DNA of 64,000 nt from Chlorobiota bacterium. GTDB lineage: Bacteria; Bacteroidota; Ignavibacteria; Kapaibacteriales; NICIL-2. The notes under the pieces are model-generated. The model made no database searches. It was not told the origin of the DNA and worked only from the letters and a program-made list of their open reading frames with translations. Both the position numbers and the translations under genes were made by a program. Within the stretch, counting starts at the first letter, position 1, and each line of letters begins with the position of its first letter. Location of the stretch: NCBI GenBank assembly GCA_039810585.1, contig JBDHXF010000006.1:12486-76485 (forward strand), written 5' to 3'. Below, one piece after another: positions 1 to 10,514 of the stretch.

Positions 1-231
1 GTCCTGCGCCGTTATCAATACGCCAGTATTTTCCATGATCATTGGTCCGTCCGTGGTTCCATTCATCTGCCGGTGCGTGCGTTGCATAGACGTTCGTGTG
101 GTGATTCGAAACTCATCATATACCGTACCAGATTTTCGGACGTTTGCAGGAAATATTGACAGTTCACAGAGCGGAAGTTCTCCACATCGATGTTCACTTT
201 CACTCTTGTTCGAAGCCGGCGTTCTATGCAA

Positions 232-261
232 CGAGAGGACGGCAGTACTGCCGTCCTCTCG
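232..261. terminator. Perfect palindrome CGAGAGGACGGCAG-TA-CTGCCGTCCTCTCG 47 nt downstream of the PFOR stop; probable intrinsic terminator
   Basis: 14-nt perfectly complementary GC-rich arms read directly from the sequence. Sits just 3' of the minus-strand PFOR gene. The flanking T-run is weak. Confidence 0.5.
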
Positions 262-308
262 CTTACACTGACCTAGTGACGAGAAGCTCGTCCTTTGCTG
301 CATGGAGC

Positions 309-3300
309 TTAGAGCTCACGGAGCATCTTCAAGCGTTCCCACTTGGATTTTAAATCCTCTCCGGCGTGTTCGAGGAAATGCTCTGCTGCATCGGGGTGTT
401 GCTTGCGAATGACATTGAAGCGGTTTTCCTGATACAAGAACTCTTCCAGTCCGATACTGGGATCCTTCGAATCCAAGCTGAAGCGCTTTCCTTTTTCCTT
501 GAGCGGATTATAATGGAAGAGCTGCCAATAGCCGGAATTCACAGCGGCATCTTGCTGCGTGATACCACAGGCCATGTCATATCCGTGGGCGATACAGTGA
601 CTATAGGCGATAACCAGCGAAGGTCCCGGGAAGGCTTCCGCTTCCATGATGGTTCGAACCGTATGCGTATCGTTGGCACCAAAAGCGATCTGGGCGACAT
701 ACACACCACCGTGTGCTATGGCTTGCCAAGCAAGATCCTTCTTCGATGTAGTCTTACCGTTGATCGAAAATTTGGCGCTGGCTCCCAGGGGCGAGGCTTT
801 GGACTTTTGTCCGCCGGTGTTCGAGTACACCTCGGTATCCAACACCAGGATGTTTACGTTTTCACCGGTCGACAACACGTGATCTAAACCGCTGAAGCCG
901 ATGTCGTAAGCCCAACCGTCTCCTCCGATAATCCACACCGATTTGCGTTCCAGGAACTCAGCCACTTGCAGTAATCGACGTGCATCAGGATGAGAGCTCT
1001 CGCGCAGAACTCGCTTCAGTTGATTGACGAGTTGTCGTTTCTTTTGGATGTCCGAGTCTGTTTGATCGGCAAGGTTCAGGATGCTGTCGGCTAATTCCAC
1101 ACCGACAGCTTCGCGAAGCGAACGAAGCAGCATTTCGGCCATGTCTCGCTTTTTGTCGGTAGCAAGCTTGATACCGAGACCAAATTCAGCGTTGTCCTCA
1201 AACAAGGAGTTTGCCCACGCTGGTCCACTCCCTTCTGCATTCGTTGTCCACGGAGTGGTTGGCAGATTGCCGCCAAAAATGGAACTGCATCCGGTTGCAT
1301 TGGCTACAATCATGCGGTCACCAAAGAGCTGCGTGAGCAACTTGATGTACGGCGTTTCGCCGCAGCCACTGCACGCACCGCTGAATTCAAATAACGGCTC
1401 TAAGAATTGCGATCCTTTTACCGAGCTGTGATTGACACGATCGCGATCCAGATCGGGAAGCGAAAGGAAGAAGTCCCAGTTGTCACGCTCGCTGTCCTTC
1501 AGCGGGAGTTGGTCTACCATGTTGATGGCTTTGTGTCCCTTATCGGTTTTGCTTTCGATCGGACAAACCTCCACGCAGAGACGACAGCCCGTGCAATCTT
1601 CCACCGATACTTGCAGGGTGTACACTTCCTCTTCGCGATGGAACTCCTTACCAACCGGCGTGTGATGCTTAAAGGTTGTCGGTGCAGTCTCGAGCAGTGA
1701 TTTGTCGTACACCTTGCATCGAATAGCAGCATGCGGACAGACCAAGAAGCACTTTCCACACTGTGAGCAGATATCCGCATCCCACACCGGAACTTCATCG
1801 GCAATGTTGCGCTTTTCCCACTTGGTAGTTCCTGACGGAAAGGTTCCATCGACCGGAAATGCGCTCACCGGCAGGTCGTCACCCTCGCCGGCAATAATCT
1901 TCCCGAGCACGTGCTGTACAAAATCAGGCGCAGTGCCGTGTATGGCTTCTTCGCCGCTCTTGTCGCCAATGGGCAAGTTGCTATAATCAATCTCGAACAG
2001 ATTTTCCAGGGTCTTGTCCACCGCTTCAAAGTTCTTTTGGACTACCTTCTCGCCCTTTCGACCATAGGTATCCTGTATCGCGTCCTTAATACGCTGGATT
2101 GCTTCCGCACGCGGCAGAATGCCGCTGATCGCAAAGAAACAGGTTTGCAGGATGGTATTGATGCGTGATCCCATCTCCGTATCACGAGCCACCTTCGAGG
2201 CGTTGATCACATAGAAGTGCAGCTTCTTGTGCTTGATCTCCTCCTGAATGGTGCGCGGAAGTTCTTCCCACACACGTTCGTGACTATAAGGCGTGTTTAA
2301 CAGAAACACTGCACCGTCCTCAGCATCCTTCAACACATCGTACTTTTCGAGATAATGGAAGTGATGACAAGCAATGAAGTTTGCAGAATTAATGAGGTAG
2401 GTGGAGTCGATGAGCTTTTTGCCAAAGCGTAAGTGCGAAACCGTCAGTGAACCCGACTTCTTGGAGTCGTACACAAAGTAGCCTTGCACAAAGTTGTCCG
2501 TCGTGTCGCCAATAATCTTAATCGAGTTCTTGTTGGCACTCACTGTGCCGTCGGCACCTAATCCAAAGAACAGGCCGCGGAATAAGTGTTGTTTTTCGAG
2601 TGAGAAGCTCTTGTCAACAGGCAGACTGCGATGCGTCACGTCGTCCTCAATCCCAACTGTAAAGTGATTCCTCGGTTGTGAAAGACTCAGCTCGTTGAAG
2701 ATGGCGAGCACCATGGCGGGATTGAATTCCTTCGACGCTAAACCGTAACGACCACCCACAACCCGCGGAATCGGACGAGCCGCTTGACCATTGCCTGCAC
2801 TACTTTCCGGACTGTACTCGTGCAATGCATTGAGCACATCCTGATAAAGAGGTTCGCCGATTGCCCCTGCATCCTTGCAGCGATCCATCACGGCGATGTT
2901 CTTCACCGTGTGTGGCAGTTTGTGTAAGAACGATTGGAGCGGGAAAGGACGATAGAGATGAATGTTAACCACACCCACTTTCTCTCCATTCGCGCATAAG
3001 TAGTCCACCGTTTCCTTCACGGCTCCTGTGGCTGAACCCATAATGACAATGACACGGTCGGCATCGTCCGCACCGTGGTAAGAAACTAATTCGTAGTGTC
3101 GTCCGCTTAACTCCCCGAAACGCTGCATGCTTTGCTCTACCAGTTCGGGTACCACTTCGTAGTACTTGTTGGCTGCTTCACGACTTTGAAAGAACACATC
3201 CGGATTTTGAGCCGTGCCTCTAATAAAGGGATGTTCCGGATTGAGCGCCCGACGTCGGTGCGCTGCCACATCATCCTCGTAAATCATCGCCCTGATCTGA

Positions 3301-3923
3301 TCATCCGGAATCATGCTGACCATGTTCAATTCATGCGATGTACGGAAACCATCGAAGATGTTGAGAAAGGGAACCCGTGCTCGTAGCGTAGTCGCGGTTG
3401 CAATCAAGGCCATGTCCATTGCTTCTTGCGGGTTGTTGCCAAAGAGCATGGCAAAACCTGTAGAGCGAACCGCCATCACGTCGCTGTGATCACCAAAAAT
3501 GGAGAGCGCGTGAGTAGCCACCGTACGAGCGGCAATGTGGAACACTGTTGGCGTAAGCTCGCCCGCGATCTTGTACATATTGGGAATCATCAACAGCAGA
3601 CCCTGCGATGAGGTAAAGGTAGACGACAACGCTCCACCTTGTAATGAACCATGAACCGCACCTGCTGCTCCCGCTTCACTTTGCATTTCAATGATACGAG
3701 GGACCTGTCCGTAGATGTTCTCCACGCCCTCGCCCGACCACTCGTCACAATGCTCACCCATGCCCGATGAGGGTGTAATGGGGTAAATCGCACAGACTTC
3801 CGAGGTTTTGTAGGCTATCCATGAGGCGGCTTCATTGCCGTCCATAATCGACAAGTGCTCCGTTTTGCCTTGCGCCTGTTCGATAGTCGACGCAGCCGGA
3901 ATGCTTTCCAGTTCCTTGTTCAT
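309..3923 (-). CDS. nifJ: Pyruvate:ferredoxin (flavodoxin) oxidoreductase, single-polypeptide PFOR (1,204 aa)
   Basis: Full-length ORF with ATG at 3923. Two ferredoxin-type motifs (CSQCGKCFLVCPHAAIR, CTGCRLCVEVCP). TPP-binding GGDGWAYDIGFSGLDHV. Size and domain order are typical of NifJ/PorA-type PFOR. Confidence 0.95.
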   Translation of the reverse strand: MNKELESIPAASTIEQAQGKTEHLSIMDGNEAASWIAYKTSEVCAIYPITPSSGMGEHCDEWSGEGVENIYGQVPRIIEMQSEAGAAGAVHGSLQGGALSSTFTSSQGLLLMIPNMYKIAGELTPTVFHIAARTVATHALSIFGDHSDVMAVRSTGFAMLFGNNPQEAMDMALIATATTLRARVPFLNIFDGFRTSHELNMVSMIPDDQIRAMIYEDDVAAHRRRALNPEHPFIRGTAQNPDVFFQSREAANKYYEVVPELVEQSMQRFGELSGRHYELVSYHGADDADRVIVIMGSATGAVKETVDYLCANGEKVGVVNIHLYRPFPLQSFLHKLPHTVKNIAVMDRCKDAGAIGEPLYQDVLNALHEYSPESSAGNGQAARPIPRVVGGRYGLASKEFNPAMVLAIFNELSLSQPRNHFTVGIEDDVTHRSLPVDKSFSLEKQHLFRGLFFGLGADGTVSANKNSIKIIGDTTDNFVQGYFVYDSKKSGSLTVSHLRFGKKLIDSTYLINSANFIACHHFHYLEKYDVLKDAEDGAVFLLNTPYSHERVWEELPRTIQEEIKHKKLHFYVINASKVARDTEMGSRINTILQTCFFAISGILPRAEAIQRIKDAIQDTYGRKGEKVVQKNFEAVDKTLENLFEIDYSNLPIGDKSGEEAIHGTAPDFVQHVLGKIIAGEGDDLPVSAFPVDGTFPSGTTKWEKRNIADEVPVWDADICSQCGKCFLVCPHAAIRCKVYDKSLLETAPTTFKHHTPVGKEFHREEEVYTLQVSVEDCTGCRLCVEVCPIESKTDKGHKAINMVDQLPLKDSERDNWDFFLSLPDLDRDRVNHSSVKGSQFLEPLFEFSGACSGCGETPYIKLLTQLFGDRMIVANATGCSSIFGGNLPTTPWTTNAEGSGPAWANSLFEDNAEFGLGIKLATDKKRDMAEMLLRSLREAVGVELADSILNLADQTDSDIQKKRQLVNQLKRVLRESSHPDARRLLQVAEFLERKSVWIIGGDGWAYDIGFSGLDHVLSTGENVNILVLDTEVYSNTGGQKSKASPLGASAKFSINGKTTSKKDLAWQAIAHGGVYVAQIAFGANDTHTVRTIMEAEAFPGPSLVIAYSHCIAHGYDMACGITQQDAAVNSGYWQLFHYNPLKEKGKRFSLDSKDPSIGLEEFLYQENRFNVIRKQHPDAAEHFLEHAGEDLKSKWERLKMLREL

Positions 3924-4345
3924 TTTCGCTCCTAAAGATTGATGCCGTCAATCGTTGTTTGTGGGGTCTGTAAATCAGACTACTTACTCTAAAATACAGC
4001 GCGAAAATGTTTTTCCACAGAAAAAAAGATAATTTTGTCCACTTTTCATGCGCGGATGGCAACCTCTGCCCCCTCTTATCTGCAAGTAGATGTTTTAATT
4101 TGACTTATCCGCTTCATTCTCTGTCAGCTACACGGCAATCCCGGCTGCCCCTTGTGCCGGTGTTGTCCTCGCCAACGCAGCGACAACGCGACGCTGAGTC
4201 GTGGATTAAACTCCCAAGTGCTTTTTGTCTTCAAAGAACTGTTGGGACGTCGGTGATCGAAACTAGTAACCCTTAAGACGAGCTACGAGATGGCAAATCA
4301 GTAAGTGCTGCTCGTAATTGTTCCAACCGCGCTTCATCCAGTATT

Positions 4346-4999
4346 GTGGACAGGCGTATCTCCGAAATCAACACCACTGCCATGGATACTGCACTCGAGA
4401 TTCTCAAACTGATAGTGGTGATTGGCTACGTTGCCTCCACGATTCCCGTTGACAATAGTGAAACGCACGTCGGTCAACCACCGGATGTGAGCGCACAACG
4501 ACTCGTGCTGGCCGGCGACGTCCATTGTTATGGTTGTGAGTCATCGCCGGATGGAATCCTGCACATCGAACACTCGAGCGATGTTGCCACGCTTACCATG
4601 CAAATACGAAACCTGAGCGACAGCATCGTGTATCTTGATGAAACAGAAACACGCCTGTCGATCGACACAACCGTGTACAACGCTACGGAATGGATGACCA
4701 GCCTGCACTCGTCAACCTACGCTCCTCAATCGAGTCGGCGTTTGCTTCCGCATTGCAGCTATGCTATCTCGGTATCACAGGTGCTCGAACCATTGGTCGA
4801 TTCCGCATATGTGATGTCTGCCGAACGTCTCGCTAGCGGAGATACAACTGACGCAGATACGGTGCTCAATGAGGAACTGTCATATGCGAGAAATACCGGA
4901 CTGCTCCTGTCCATTGCCTACCGATTACCATCCGACTCATCGAATCGTATGTTCAAGAGTCTCTATCTCTCCCCCACTCTCCATTCTGAAAATCGATAG
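4346..4999 (+). CDS. Hypothetical protein (217 aa from a GTG start; alternative ATG at 4382)
   Basis: Uninterrupted ORF in an otherwise empty 1.8-kb gap. No recognisable motif and no clear signal peptide. Confidence 0.35.
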   Translation: MDRRISEINTTAMDTALEILKLIVVIGYVASTIPVDNSETHVGQPPDVSAQRLVLAGDVHCYGCESSPDGILHIEHSSDVATLTMQIRNLSDSIVYLDETETRLSIDTTVYNATEWMTSLHSSTYAPQSSRRLLPHCSYAISVSQVLEPLVDSAYVMSAERLASGDTTDADTVLNEELSYARNTGLLLSIAYRLPSDSSNRMFKSLYLSPTLHSENR

Positions 5000-5008
5000 G
5001 GTACAGCC

Positions 5009-5614
5009 ATGCAACGAATTCGACGACACACAAACGCACTCATCATTGCCCTGTTGGGTGTTCTGTGCAGCACACTCATCGTGTCGCTTGAGTCATGCAG
5101 CGGAAATTTCTGGACCTACCGCAGCTCCGTTTCCTGCCGGGAGTGCGGTTGTACAAGCGACTCCATGCTATCGGTGCACGTGATGAAATCAAGCTCGCAC
5201 GACGTCCTTGTCCTCTCCAATCCCGGATCGCAACCGGTTGTGGTTGATTTTGATAGCAGCACGATGAGAGACGGTCCGTTTTCCCTTCACCAGAAATTCC
5301 TCGACGCACAGGATGAGCACGAGCATAGGGGTCAGTGCGTTCTCAAGACCCACGATAGTATTCAATTCTCGCTGCGTCAGCTCTTTGCTCCACCGCCACA
5401 TCTCAGGGATTCAGAGCGAGTGCGGATGCACTACGTACGGCCCGGACAAAATCATGAGGACGTTCGTCAAATGCAACTCTCCGCCGAAGAGACTCGCTTA
5501 CATACTGTGGATGTCATTTTCGTCTACCACGGTGTCGACAACCCCGACATGCACGAGCTGCAAATTCAACTCTACCCCGATAGCGTGTACATCGCCCGAG
5601 AAGCCGCGCGCTAA
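5009..5614 (+). CDS. Hypothetical secreted protein or lipoprotein (201 aa)
   Basis: ATG at 5009, 10 nt after the previous stop. N-terminus RRHTNALIIALLGVLCSTLIVSLESC looks like a signal peptide with a lipobox-like Cys. No family recognised. Confidence 0.4.
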   Translation: MQRIRRHTNALIIALLGVLCSTLIVSLESCSGNFWTYRSSVSCRECGCTSDSMLSVHVMKSSSHDVLVLSNPGSQPVVVDFDSSTMRDGPFSLHQKFLDAQDEHEHRGQCVLKTHDSIQFSLRQLFAPPPHLRDSERVRMHYVRPGQNHEDVRQMQLSAEETRLHTVDVIFVYHGVDNPDMHELQIQLYPDSVYIAREAAR

Positions 5615-5756
5615 ACGCTTTGCAGCGAGATGAACTTCTTTGTTGTAACACTGTTCACTAAAAATTGTTAGTGCTGCTGTATTATGCCTGCGCGCTATGC
5701 AACGTCGTAACAGCACAACGGCACGAAGGAAATTGAGATTAGAGGGCAGATTGCTT

Positions 5757-8099
5757 ATGACATCACCGGCACAGTGGAAGCGCGTGCTTCTGCTTGGATT
5801 TTTTATTCTTACAGGCTTCGCCTGTCCTCTGCTCCACGCACAGCCACACTTCAGCATTTCCGGAACGGTTCGCGACTCCGTCTCCGGCGAGGCAATCATT
5901 CGAGCAACCGTTGCGTTGTACACCAGCCCGGGCGCTACGAAACCTCAGCGCGGAGCGCTCACGAATAAATACGGCTTCTTTTCGATCCCCAAACTCAGCA
6001 AGCAGGTGTATTACCTTGGCGTTCGCTCCATTGGATACAAGACTGCCCTGGTGACCATTACGGAGGAGATGCTCACGGCCAACAAGAGTTTGACGATTGA
6101 GTTGGCGCCAAGCATTGCGACAACGAAAGGCGTTACCGTGGAAGCCGATCGCTACAACAGTTCAAGCACATCTTCCATCAGTTCGGTTAGTGTGAGTAGT
6201 GATTTTATCAAGCAAATGCCTGCCATGTTTGGTGAGACGGATGTGTTTCGTGTCTTGCAACTGCTTCCGGGTGTTAAGTCACCGTCAGAGCTGTCGAGCG
6301 GACTCTATGTGCGCGGTGGTTCACCGGACCAGAATTTGGTCTTACTCGACGGCGTGATTGTCTACAATCCTTCTCACCTTGGAGGCTTCCTCAGCACATT
6401 CAACAACGACGCCTTACGTGATGTTCACATGATCAAAGGAGGATTTCCGGCGGAGTACGGCGGACGTCTTTCATCGGTAATCGATATGACGATGAAGGAC
6501 GGCTCGCAAGAGAAGATTCAGGGTCTTGGTGGTTTAAGTATTATCTCCGCTCGCGCAACGGTGGAAGGGCCAATCTCCAAGGATCTGACGTTTATGGTGT
6601 CGGGTCGCAGAATGTATCTCGATCTCATCAGAGCCGTTGCTCTGTCAAGTGCACAAAAGGCGGAGACGCCCGATTATTACTTCTACGATCTGAATGCAAA
6701 ACTGAGTTGGAAAGCAGACGAGAACAACCACTTCTACTTTGGCGGATTTTTTGGGCGAGACCAGCTTACGAGTCCAAGTGGCAGTGATATTGGCTTGAAC
6801 ATTGGCTGGGGCAATTCTACACTGAGCGCTCGGTGGATGAGGATTTTTAGTCCTGAAGTTTTCTCAAACGTCTCTCTCATCTACACCGACTACAGTTTCA
6901 AAACCGATGTTCAAAGCAATTCGGCTACCACAAATTTCTTTTCCAACTCACTAGTACAGGACGTGGGTTTGAAAGCGGATGTGACCTGGTTTGCCGCTCC
7001 CAACCACACCCTGAAGTTTGGAACGGAAACAACATCACATCGCTTTGGCACCGACGTGTCAGATTCGCTCACTCTCAATGGATATGTGGTGACCAATCAA
7101 TCCATGGCATCGCTTGATGCAGCAGTCTATGCGCAAGACGAGTGGCGGATAAATGAAGACTGTAGCACCAACCTCGGATTGCGTGGATACTACTTCCAAG
7201 ATGGCAAGTACTTCGCGTTAGAGCCACGCTTGCAGGTAGCCTACAACATTATCGGCAACGTGAAGCTGACCTCATCGTTTTCCGTGGCGCACCAATTCTT
7301 GCACCTCATCGTCCGCAACGACATCAATCTTCCCACCGATCTCTGGTTTCCCTCAACAGCCACCACCGCTCCCGAGAAATCGACACAAGGCGAGTTAGGA
7401 TTTGAAACGACCTTTGGCGAGCACGACTCATACTTGTTACAGGTCGAGGGTTACTATAAGGACATGCGAAATCTGTACGAGTACAAGGACACGGCGAAGT
7501 TTTCTCTCATCGGTGCACCGCTGGAATCACAATTCACCAGCGGTCGTGGTGAGGCCTATGGCATGGAAGTCTTCGTCAATAAACGTGTCGGCGATTTTAC
7601 CGGATGGTTGGGCTACACGCTATCGTGGACCAAGCTCTACTTCGACGAATTGAACAACGGAAATCCCTTTTATGCTCGCTACGACAGACGTCATGATCTG
7701 TCGCTGACCTTCAGCTATAAGCTTTCCGAATCCATCGACTTTGGCGCCTCTTGGGTGTACGGAACCGGCTTTGCTTTCACCATGCCTACGAGTCAATACG
7801 CCTTTAGTATGGATGGTTCGACGGGTCGATCGTATGTGCAGCAGTATTTCACCGAGCGCAACGGCTACCGACTTCCGTCCTATCACCGCTTGGACTTAAA
7901 CTTTGGTTTTCACACCACCGTGTTTGGTTTGAAGTCTACCATTCAGTTGAGTATTTACAATGCCTATAATCATCTCAATCCCTTTGCCCAGTATTTCACC
8001 AACCAATTGGATCCCAATACTGGCCAAACGGTTTTAACGATGAAGCAGATTACGCTCTTTCCCTTTTTCCCAAGCGTTGCGTGGAACTTTAACTTTTAG
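5757..8099 (+). CDS. TonB-dependent outer-membrane receptor with N-terminal carboxypeptidase-regulatory-like domain
   Basis: Signal peptide MTSPAQWKRVLLLGFFILTGFACPLLHAQ (ATG 5757 inside the tracked ORF 5697..8099). CarboxypepD_reg-like segment FSISGTVRDSVSGEAIIRATVALY. Plug motifs ETDVFRVLQLLPGV and GLYVRGGSPDQNLVLLDGV. The barrel ends in ...WNFNF. Confidence 0.9.
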   Translation: MTSPAQWKRVLLLGFFILTGFACPLLHAQPHFSISGTVRDSVSGEAIIRATVALYTSPGATKPQRGALTNKYGFFSIPKLSKQVYYLGVRSIGYKTALVTITEEMLTANKSLTIELAPSIATTKGVTVEADRYNSSSTSSISSVSVSSDFIKQMPAMFGETDVFRVLQLLPGVKSPSELSSGLYVRGGSPDQNLVLLDGVIVYNPSHLGGFLSTFNNDALRDVHMIKGGFPAEYGGRLSSVIDMTMKDGSQEKIQGLGGLSIISARATVEGPISKDLTFMVSGRRMYLDLIRAVALSSAQKAETPDYYFYDLNAKLSWKADENNHFYFGGFFGRDQLTSPSGSDIGLNIGWGNSTLSARWMRIFSPEVFSNVSLIYTDYSFKTDVQSNSATTNFFSNSLVQDVGLKADVTWFAAPNHTLKFGTETTSHRFGTDVSDSLTLNGYVVTNQSMASLDAAVYAQDEWRINEDCSTNLGLRGYYFQDGKYFALEPRLQVAYNIIGNVKLTSSFSVAHQFLHLIVRNDINLPTDLWFPSTATTAPEKSTQGELGFETTFGEHDSYLLQVEGYYKDMRNLYEYKDTAKFSLIGAPLESQFTSGRGEAYGMEVFVNKRVGDFTGWLGYTLSWTKLYFDELNNGNPFYARYDRRHDLSLTFSYKLSESIDFGASWVYGTGFAFTMPTSQYAFSMDGSTGRSYVQQYFTERNGYRLPSYHRLDLNFGFHTTVFGLKSTIQLSIYNAYNHLNPFAQYFTNQLDPNTGQTVLTMKQITLFPFFPSVAWNFNF

Positions 8100-8102
8100 C
8101 AA

Positions 8103-9002
8103 ATGAGCATACCTCAACACTTCATGTTCAGGCTTGGAATGATAGCAGCCATTGCTACGCTGTCGTTAAGCCTGCATTCGTGCGTGCAAGATGTCACCAC
8201 ACCGGATTTACCTTTTGTCGAACAAATGGTGGTGAGTGGATTTGTCTATGCGGACAGCAGTGAAGTCTGTGTGAGCGTCAGCCGCTCGCTACCTCTCAAC
8301 GCCACGTACTCCTTTGAAGCAGCCAGCGTTGCGAATGCAGCGGTGACAGTAACAGGACCGCAGGGAAGCGTAACCTTGCAGTACGACTCCGCTCGTTATT
8401 GTTATCGCGCGCCGTTGCAAGCAACGGTAGGGTCACACTATTCCTTGCACGTGGTGTGGAATGGTCATGACGCCAATGCAACCACAGTGGTACCCGACAA
8501 ACCGGTAATTAGCGACCTCCTGGCGGTGCGTACCACCACATCAGACCGCGGAACGCGGACAAGAATTCAATACACAGTTGCATTTCAACCAAACGCGAAT
8601 TCGGCCTTTTGTGTATCGAACTCTGCCTACGTCATCAATCTCGCCGACTCGTCAGCAAGCGATACACTCGCCTCCTATCGAGGCCTACCGAACTTCCGAA
8701 ACGTCATCAGCGGCAAACCTGCAGACACTACTCTTACCATCGTGGGCAATGCACAACAACCTGGAGGTCAAGGCTTCGGCGGGTCTCCGAACGTGCTCGA
8801 TAGCGCTCAGTTTGCACTCTTGAAGTTTAATGCACTGGATCTTGCCTACTACGATTTTTGGAAGACATTTCGCAACACTCGAAACGTGTCAATTCTCGGC
8901 AGCTTCGGAACAAATCCTCTCTATAACATAAAGGGCGGAGCAATTGGAGTGTTTATCGGAGTGTCGCCCACTGTGGGTTGGCTGCAAACACCGATTAATT
9001 AG
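8103..9002 (+). CDS. DUF4249-like lipoprotein partner of the TonB receptor
   Basis: Starts 4 nt after the receptor stop. Signal peptide plus lipobox (LSLSLHSC). Size (~300 aa) and synteny with a CarboxypepD_reg TonB receptor fit DUF4249. Family assignment rests on synteny and size only. Confidence 0.6.
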   Translation: MSIPQHFMFRLGMIAAIATLSLSLHSCVQDVTTPDLPFVEQMVVSGFVYADSSEVCVSVSRSLPLNATYSFEAASVANAAVTVTGPQGSVTLQYDSARYCYRAPLQATVGSHYSLHVVWNGHDANATTVVPDKPVISDLLAVRTTTSDRGTRTRIQYTVAFQPNANSAFCVSNSAYVINLADSSASDTLASYRGLPNFRNVISGKPADTTLTIVGNAQQPGGQGFGGSPNVLDSAQFALLKFNALDLAYYDFWKTFRNTRNVSILGSFGTNPLYNIKGGAIGVFIGVSPTVGWLQTPIN

Positions 9003-9083
9003 GAATGCGAATAGCTACTGGGGCGCGAATTCAGAAAACTTTCCGTGTACTACCATTCGCATCTATTGAGCGCTCATTACTAT

Positions 9084-9109
9084 AATGCACTGGTTTAGTC
9101 CAGTGCATT
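9084..9109 (+). promoter_or_regulatory. Perfect 10-bp stem-loop (AATGCACTGG-TTTAGT-CCAGTGCATT) ending 3 nt before the MFS start codon
   Basis: Read directly from the sequence. No T-run follows, so it is not a canonical terminator. It occupies the position where a ribosome-binding region would lie. Confidence 0.4.
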
Positions 9110-9112
9110 GCG

Positions 9113-10411
9113 ATGCAGAAGCCTCGCAGCGCAAAGAAGGTGTTGCATACGAAACATGATACCATGCGGAACGACCCCACACTACCTTCAACTCGTCTTC
9201 TTCAATCGCCCTTCAACCTGGCGGTCATCGCTTCGGGTTTAGGTTTCTTTATCGACGCACTCGACTTGTTTCTCTTCAACGTGTATCGCATACCGAGCCT
9301 GAAGGAGTTTGGTCTCAGCGGCATAGATCTCACTCGAACGGGCGAATTCTTGTTGTCGATGCAGATGTTGGGAATGATGATTGGCGGTGTGCTGAGCGGA
9401 GTGATTGCTGACAAGGTCGGTAGAGTTTCCGTACTGTTCGCATCGATCAGTTTGTACTCCCTGGCAAACATCGCTAACGGGATGATTAGTTCGGTGGATC
9501 TCTATGCGGTAGTGCGTTTCTGTGCAGGACTAGGACTAGCCGGCGAACTCGGCGCTGGTATTAGTCTCGTGTCAGAAACCATGAGCATCGAAAAGCGCGG
9601 CTATGGAACAATCTTGGTAGCCACACTGGGAGCGGCAGGAGCGGTGGTAGCGGGATTGATCTCAGACGTCATTCCATGGCGTAGTGCCTTCATCTCAGCA
9701 GGGGTTCTTGGACTGGCCTTACTCTTTCTTCGCATGCGAAGCATGGAATCCGGGATGTTCAAACACTCGCGTTCAATGCACGATGTACAACGTGGCTCGC
9801 TGGTGCTCCTGTTTTCGTCCGCACCACGAGCGTGGCGCTATCTGGCGTGCATCGCTATGGGCGTTCCGATTTGGTACAGCGTGGGCTTGCTCATCACGCT
9901 GTCACCGGAAATTGCAAGCCTGCAACACATCAGTGGTGTGCAGCTCAGCACTTGCTTCGTGCTGTTTCAACTCGGCATAACTGCGGGAGACTTGTCGAGC
10001 GGAATTCTGAGTCAAGTTCTTCGCACTCGCAAACGGGTGCTCATTGCCTACATGATTTTCGCGCTATTGTCCACTATTCTGCACTTCGTGTTGATCGCTG
10101 CTTCGCAGCCCCTGTATTGGACATCATTGATGATGGGACTAGGTTGCGGCTATCTCTCGGTATTCGTTACCGCCACGGCCGAGCATTTCGGCACAAACCT
10201 TCGCGTTCTTGTTAGTGCAAGCGTCACCAACTTCATGCGCGGCGCAGTGACGCTATTAATTCCACTCCATATCTGGCTAGAACACGCACTAGGAATCAAC
10301 CTCGTGCAATCGCTGCTTCTCACCGGCATCCTCGTGTGGACCCTGGCCCTGCTTTCCGTTTTTCTGCTCCCGGAGACGTTTGGGAAGGACCTCGATTTTG
10401 TGGACGTATAG
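9113..10411 (+). CDS. MFS transporter (432 aa, about 12 TM)
   Basis: Alternating hydrophobic helices. MFS-like loop motif GVIADKVGRV after TM2. Two six-helix halves. Confidence 0.85.
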   Translation: MQKPRSAKKVLHTKHDTMRNDPTLPSTRLLQSPFNLAVIASGLGFFIDALDLFLFNVYRIPSLKEFGLSGIDLTRTGEFLLSMQMLGMMIGGVLSGVIADKVGRVSVLFASISLYSLANIANGMISSVDLYAVVRFCAGLGLAGELGAGISLVSETMSIEKRGYGTILVATLGAAGAVVAGLISDVIPWRSAFISAGVLGLALLFLRMRSMESGMFKHSRSMHDVQRGSLVLLFSSAPRAWRYLACIAMGVPIWYSVGLLITLSPEIASLQHISGVQLSTCFVLFQLGITAGDLSSGILSQVLRTRKRVLIAYMIFALLSTILHFVLIAASQPLYWTSLMMGLGCGYLSVFVTATAEHFGTNLRVLVSASVTNFMRGAVTLLIPLHIWLEHALGINLVQSLLLTGILVWTLALLSVFLLPETFGKDLDFVDV

Positions 10412-10429
10412 GAGACACCGCTATCCATG

Positions 10430-10448
10430 AGCGAGCCACTCGCTTTTT
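10430..10448 (+). terminator. Intrinsic terminator of the MFS gene (AGCGAG-CCA-CTCGCT followed by TTTTT)
   Basis: Hairpin plus T-run 19 nt after the stop codon. Confidence 0.6.
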
Positions 10449-10514
10449 GTCTCGTTTGCGATCCACGCGGCGACCGGTTAAGCGTTTAACTGAATGGGCG
10501 GCACACCCTTAAAC

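Noticed and set aside
1-231. Possible gene fragment at the left edge (a minus-strand frame open from ATG ~99 to position 1; plus-strand ORFs 35..271 and 144..353)
   Set aside because: It is too short and featureless to support. The plus-strand ORFs run through the terminator palindrome and into the PFOR 3' end.
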